Assembly (NCBI GenBank): GCA_051382305.1
Contig: JBBCAV010000246.1
Span: forward strand, 1 to 11,259
DNA: 11,259 nt
Reading direction: 5' to 3'
Source: Bdellovibrionota bacterium FG-2
GTDB taxonomy: Bacteria > Bdellovibrionota > UBA1018
This document shows, piece after piece, positions 7,188-11,259 of this stretch (positions are counted from its first letter, which is position 1; the number at the start of each line of letters is the position of its first letter). A model generated the notes under the pieces. It saw nothing but the letters and a program-made list of their open reading frames with translations, was not told the DNA's origin and ran no database searches. Position numbers and translations under genes: made by a program.

Positions 7188-8348
7188 CTCTTGGGAAATT
7201 CGGCTCGTCCTTGGGCGGCGGGGCATCGCGCCGGCAACAGAACCGCACCTCAAATACCCCAGTGCCATCACAAATACCCCAAACGCCTTCACTTGATGGG
7301 ACTCCAAGAAAACGCCTGCTGAACCGAGAAATTTTTCATTAAACGCCACAATCATCAAAAGTCCCAGGGGCGCAATCGCTCTCTGCAAAAAACTACGGCC
7401 GCCCAATGCGCGTCGAATTGCCATCGCTGCAAACGGATAACAAAACACAAACGTGTACGCAAAAGCCATGGGATGAATCGCAGCGGCCAAGGCAAGCGTA
7501 GCCAAGAATCCCTCGGTCTCGTCAGCGCAGGTGCGTTTAATGACCCTAAAAACCCAGGCGGCAAGTAGAGCGCAGGGAACAAAAAATATAGTCCGAGCGC
7601 CCGCGTTTGCTCGCGAAATCGAAAACAGATCGCTGAAGAAACTCGGGAGCCCGTATCCTCCTCCGCCCAGTGCGGGGCCACCGCCAGCTGCCGCTTCTCG
7701 ATAAGTTTGGAGAAAATTCAAAATCATCGGCGAATCATAAGCCCAAAGAACGGGAACACATGATCCGGCCAAAATCGCAGCAACAACCGCCAAAGAGCGC
7801 ATCCGCCAATGCGCGCGGGGGACCGCAATGAGTGAAAAAATCTGAAACAGTTTTCCGCTTAAGGCAGTGGTCATTAAGACAAGTCCTAAACTTGAGCTGC
7901 GTTTAAGTAAATCGTAACCGATCCAAGCGATAACCATCCAGATGGCGTTGGCTTGGCCGGCAAGAAGATTCAAATTCCAGAAGCCCCAAAAAGAAATGAA
8001 GACGAAGATCGCAGTCCAAGTTCCCACAATCCGAGCGGTTCGTAACAGAATAAAACCTAGAGATGCGACGATACACAATCGCCAAAGCACTCCCGCGATC
8101 TCCAGCGGAAGCAGAGCAAACGGCAATGTGAAAAGCGTCGTCCACGGCGGGTACTTATAGGGGTGAAACCCGTCTCTGACGGACGAGTACAAAGGTTGTC
8201 CTGTGATATAGTGTCGCGCGGCAGCCCAAAAGGTGCCAAAGTCACTCGAAGTCGGGTCGGCCTTATGGAGTAGAAACGAATTTACGGTGAGCACTAAAAA
8301 GAGGGTCGTCACAAGAGCCAGTCCCAGGATTCGTAAAATGCCTTTCAT
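7155..8348 (-). CDS. GT87 / DUF2029 family polytopic membrane glycosyltransferase (GT-C fold)
   Basis: SDFGTFWAAA...GQPLY...YKYPP, GQAN, a K-L-F segment and many TM helices. ATG 8348 (MKGILRILG) is preferred because the longer ORF start runs through the ahcY terminator. Confidence 0.85.
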   Translation of the reverse strand: MKGILRILGLALVTTLFLVLTVNSFLLHKADPTSSDFGTFWAAARHYITGQPLYSSVRDGFHPYKYPPWTTLFTLPFALLPLEIAGVLWRLCIVASLGFILLRTARIVGTWTAIFVFISFWGFWNLNLLAGQANAIWMVIAWIGYDLLKRSSSLGLVLMTTALSGKLFQIFSLIAVPRAHWRMRSLAVVAAILAGSCVPVLWAYDSPMILNFLQTYREAAAGGGPALGGGGYGLPSFFSDLFSISRANAGARTIFFVPCALLAAWVFRVIKRTCADETEGFLATLALAAAIHPMAFAYTFVFCYPFAAMAIRRALGGRSFLQRAIAPLGLLMIVAFNEKFLGSAGVFLESHQVKAFGVFVMALGYLRCGSVAGAMPRRPRTSRISQEGKLELSTSPP

Positions 8349-8396
8349 AAGCCCCACCGTAGATGAAGACGGGCTGCGACTCAAGTCCGCATCCCC

Positions 8397-8436
8397 AAAA
8401 TAAAAAGGGCTCCTCACGTTGCCATAGGGAGCCCTT
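8397..8436 (-). terminator. Rho-independent terminator after ahcY
   Basis: Minus strand AAGGGCTCC-CTATG-GCAA-CGTGA-GGAGCCCTT followed by TTTATTTT, about 24 nt after the ahcY stop. Confidence 0.88.
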
Positions 8437-8459
8437 ATAAATTTCAAAATAAAAAGAAA

Positions 8460-9860
8460 TTAGTAACGATAATTATCAGCCTTATAAGGACCGTTCAAAG
8501 GCACGCCAATGTACTTGGCCTGGTCTTCACGAAGAACGGTCAGTTCCGCATTGAGCTTCTTAAGCTGCAAACGGGCGACCTTTTCATCAAGATGCTTCGG
8601 AAGGACGTACACGCCCAATGGATATTTATCCGTTCGTGTGAAGAGCTCGATTTGCGCAATCGTTTGATTGGCAAAGGACGAGGACATCACGTAGCTGGGG
8701 TGACCTGTGCCGCAACCCAGGTTTACCAAACGGCCCTTGGCTAGCAGGATGATTCGTTTTCCATCTGGGAAAATGACGTGATCGACTTGGGGTTTGATCT
8801 CTTCCCATTTGTACTGCTCAAGCGATGCGACGTCGATTTCGTTGTCGAAGTGACCAATATTGCACACGATGGCTTGGTTCTTCATCGCCTTCATGTGGTC
8901 ATGGGTGATGACGTGGTAGTTACCGGTGGTGGTGACGAAAATGTCAGCGTGCTTTGCTGCATAATCCATCGTGACCACGCGGTAGCCTTCCATCGCGGCT
9001 TGAAGTGCGCAAATCGGATCAATTTCGGTGACCCAGACTTGAGCCGAAAGAGCGCGCAGAGCCTGAGACGATCCCTTGCCTACGTCGCCGTAGCCACAAA
9101 CGACTGCAACTTTTCCGGCAACCATGACGTCGGTTGCGCGTTTGATGCCGTCCACTAAAGACTCGCGGCAGCCGTAGAGATTGTCAAATTTCGATTTGGT
9201 AACCGAGTCATTGACGTTGATGGCAGGAAACTTCAAATCGCCGCGTGCGTGCATCTGAATCAGGCGATGAACGCCGGTGGTGGTTTCTTCGGTGACGCCT
9301 TTGATCTGGGCCAAACGCTTGGAGTACCAAGTCGGGTGCACGGTAAGTTTCTTTTTGATGGAGGCGTACAAAATCGTTTCTTCTTCAGAGGTAGGCTTGG
9401 CAAGGACGGAGAGGTCCTTCTCCGCGCGCGTGCCTAAGTGAAGCAACAGGGTTGCATCGCCGCCGTCATCCAAAATCATGTTGGTGTAGCCGCCATCGGG
9501 CCATTCAAAAATCTGGTGCGTGTACTCCCAGTATTCGGTCAAGGTCTCGCCTTTGACCGCGAAAACAGGAAAGCCTGCGGCCGCAACAGCAGCAGCTGCG
9601 TGGTCTTGAGTTGAGAAAATATTACATGAAGCCCAACGCACTTCTGCGCCTAGCGCTTTTAGGGTTTCCATCAAAACAGCGGTCTGGATGGTCATGTGTA
9701 AAGATCCGGTGATGCGGGCTCCCTTGAGCGGTTGGGTCTTCGCGAATTCTTCACGAATAGCCATGAGGCCGGGCATTTCGGTTTCCGCAATTCTCATTTC
9801 ACGGCGGCCCCAGTCGGCAAGTTTAATGTCGGCAATGACGTAGTCTTTCAGTTTTTCCAC
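8460..9860 (-). CDS. ahcY: Adenosylhomocysteinase (SAH hydrolase)
   Basis: [78 protein letters not shown] and terminal YRY. GTG 9860 has AAGGAGG 8 nt upstream. Confidence 0.99.
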   Translation of the reverse strand: MEKLKDYVIADIKLADWGRREMRIAETEMPGLMAIREEFAKTQPLKGARITGSLHMTIQTAVLMETLKALGAEVRWASCNIFSTQDHAAAAVAAAGFPVFAVKGETLTEYWEYTHQIFEWPDGGYTNMILDDGGDATLLLHLGTRAEKDLSVLAKPTSEEETILYASIKKKLTVHPTWYSKRLAQIKGVTEETTTGVHRLIQMHARGDLKFPAINVNDSVTKSKFDNLYGCRESLVDGIKRATDVMVAGKVAVVCGYGDVGKGSSQALRALSAQVWVTEIDPICALQAAMEGYRVVTMDYAAKHADIFVTTTGNYHVITHDHMKAMKNQAIVCNIGHFDNEIDVASLEQYKWEEIKPQVDHVIFPDGKRIILLAKGRLVNLGCGTGHPSYVMSSSFANQTIAQIELFTRTDKYPLGVYVLPKHLDEKVARLQLKKLNAELTVLREDQAKYIGVPLNGPYKADNYRY

Positions 9861-9868
9861 GAGTGAAT

Positions 9869-9875
9869 CCTCCTT
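9869..9875 (-). promoter_or_regulatory. Shine-Dalgarno of ahcY
   Basis: Minus strand AAGGAGG-ATTCACTC-GTG. Confidence 0.85.
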
Positions 9876-9968
9876 TTTTAAAATCACCAGGCAATAATGA
9901 GGGGGAGAAATGGTAGCTTCTCACCGTCTTATTATCGTGTCTTTATGATACCTGGCACGATTAAATAG

Positions 9969-10037
9969 GTGAGCGCCGTTTGAAAAAAGAACTCGAGCCT
10001 AGGGCAAATGAACTGCCTCGCAACGCTCCTCGAATTC
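9969..10037 (-). ncRNA. SAH riboswitch aptamer
   Basis: Minus strand GAATTCGAG-GAGCGTTGCGA-GGCAG-TTCAT-TTGCC-CTAGG-CTCGAGTTC-TTTTTTC-AAACGGCGCTCAC. Shows P1, P2, conserved GAGGAGCG(U/C)UGC and AGGCUC, and pseudoknot strand ACGGCGCUC pairing with GAGCGUUG. It sits upstream of ahcY, the canonical context. Confidence 0.95.
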
Positions 10038-10044
10038 GAGGTCG

Positions 10045-10073
10045 AGTATAGTCGAAAATTCGGTTTTTGAAAC
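10045..10073 (-). promoter_or_regulatory. Putative sigma-70 promoter for the riboswitch-ahcY transcript
   Basis: -10 TATACT at 10050-10045 places the start site about at the aptamer 5' end (10037). The -35 is only weak (TTTCAA-like). Confidence 0.5.
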
Positions 10074-10092
10074 GATTATTTTTTTGAGCGCC

Positions 10093-10773
10093 TCAGAGCT
10101 GAATTCCGTCGCAATAGAGTTGAATTCCCTTTCCGAGTACTCGGGTCACACCTTGATCAATGATGATGCCCGTTCCGTTGGGGCAAGCAAAAATGGGGTA
10201 CTCACTTTGCGTTGAGTACTCACGGACCGCCTTTATGTGTCGGCGTGAGCTTTCGAAGTGGGGCAAGATTTCGAAGGGGACCAGTCCAAGCCCTTTGAGA
10301 TTCTTCAAGCCCACGTCATTCTCGTCTGGATCCAGGCCCGGGGCTCCAGCCAAGGCAATATGAGGGGTGAGAATGTGAGCGCCTGCGCTGAGTCCCGCCA
10401 AAATTCCACCACTTAAGGCGAATTCCTTCAAGTGAGTTATCAAACCTTGCTTTCGCAAGGCCTTCAAAAAGTAGAACGTGTTTCCGCCTGCGAGATAGAT
10501 AATATCGGCACTGAAAGCTTCTCGAATTTGTGCGCTTGTGTGGCGCTCATCTGCAACCAGGCTACAGAATTCGCCTACGCCAAAGCGGGCGTACCTCCTG
10601 ACTGATCTCATGAAGTAAGTCGTTGATCCATCAGTACAAAATGGAATGTAGGTGAGTCTGATGGGGCCTCGTGATTTGCGTTTTGCCATCTGAACTAATT
10701 CACGATGCAGAACGGCATTAGTTCGATTTTGACCGCCGGAGTAGAGCACAAGTGAGGGTTGATATTTTGCCAT
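10093..10773 (-). CDS. Peptidase S51 family (dipeptidase E-like, type 1 glutamine amidotransferase-like fold)
   Basis: YIP, ADIIYLAGGNTFY, nucleophile elbow GLSAGA, GLGLV...PHF. ATG 10773 (MAKYQPSL) is the likely start. Confidence 0.88.
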   Translation of the reverse strand: MAKYQPSLVLYSGGQNRTNAVLHRELVQMAKRKSRGPIRLTYIPFCTDGSTTYFMRSVRRYARFGVGEFCSLVADERHTSAQIREAFSADIIYLAGGNTFYFLKALRKQGLITHLKEFALSGGILAGLSAGAHILTPHIALAGAPGLDPDENDVGLKNLKGLGLVPFEILPHFESSRRHIKAVREYSTQSEYPIFACPNGTGIIIDQGVTRVLGKGIQLYCDGIQL

Positions 10774-10866
10774 CTTTGAGCACACCATTGAGCAAGTTAG
10801 TGAACAATTTAAAGACAATCTAAAGAAGAAATTAAATTTCTCCAATGATTATCCGATAGGTTAGCT

Positions 10867-11259
10867 ATGAAAGTCCAGAGCGCAACGCTGCCCCTGATTA
10901 CAAAACCAGGTTTCCAGGCTGAGCCCTACTCACAATTTGACCAAATCAACGGTGAGCATTCATTCAAACGTGCAGTTCCGGCGGTCGCCGTTGAATATCA
11001 AGTTCGTACCCGAAATGGCGGACGCGTGGTGTTTTTCAATTTCGGGCTTGCTAAGGAAATGGGCCTTTTGCCCGATGATCACCCCGAGCAACTCAATGAA
11101 GCACTCGAAGAGAAGCTCTTACAGACTTTTAGTCTTGTCATCATTAACGAGTACGACATTCAGCGCAAAACTAAGTTTTCGCCCGAGGACATTCGTCCGA
11201 AATCATACATGGCAACTCGCTACTTGCAACTTCAGCATCCCAACAAGCAGGGCAAGACC
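10867..11259 (+). CDS. SelO/YdiU-like protein N-terminus, 3'-truncated (not in the ORF track)
   Basis: 131 open codons from ATG 10867: MKVQ...YQVRTRNGGRVVFFNFGLAKEMGLL...YMATRYLQLQHPNKQGKT. The 'FN..LA..MGL' and 'A.RY....' segments resemble the SelO N-lobe. The diagnostic GDGR would fall just beyond the window. Confidence 0.6.
   Translation, partial: MKVQSATLPLITKPGFQAEPYSQFDQINGEHSFKRAVPAVAVEYQVRTRNGGRVVFFNFGLAKEMGLLPDDHPEQLNEALEEKLLQTFSLVIINEYDIQRKTKFSPEDIRPKSYMATRYLQLQHPNKQGKT

Noticed and set aside
8349-8447. Longer starts given in the ORF track (GT87 8447; also ahcY 9887, S51 10845, secreted protein 6066)
   Set aside because: The extensions run through a terminator, SD or intergenic DNA, or precede a clear signal peptide. 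The downstream starts fit better.
9952-9968. TGGCACG as a sigma-54 promoter
   Set aside because: No TTGC at the -12 position, and it points away from ahcY.
418-10363. Numerous short overlapping or antisense ORFs (e.g. 3245-3703, 4494-4892, 6378-6758, 8778-9158)
   Set aside because: They are shadows of well-supported genes, with no recognisable motifs.

Overview
A bacterial window of roughly 50% GC; the gene content is reminiscent of Bdellovibrionota-like predators (inference only). It starts with a 5'-truncated dinB, coupled to a very compact, degenerate subtilase-like gene. Next, the separate minus-strand ORFs between 1672 and 5424 reassemble into one ~1,245-aa exported fibrous protein (signal peptide, coiled coil, Gly and aromatic tetrad repeats, Ig-like domains), broken by three net +1 frameshifts and two in-frame TAA stops. 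A small secreted two-repeat Cys/His-His protein follows. A REP-associated HUH/Y1 transposase (RAYT) with a DnaA-C-like tail lies between two 58-bp GTAG-containing direct repeats exactly 1,000 bp apart. The window ends with a GT87 glycosyltransferase, ahcY with an SAH riboswitch and terminator, a peptidase S51 gene, and a divergent, 3'-truncated SelO-like gene missing from the ORF track. The RAYT-REP unit and the fragmented giant protein are the most interesting parts.
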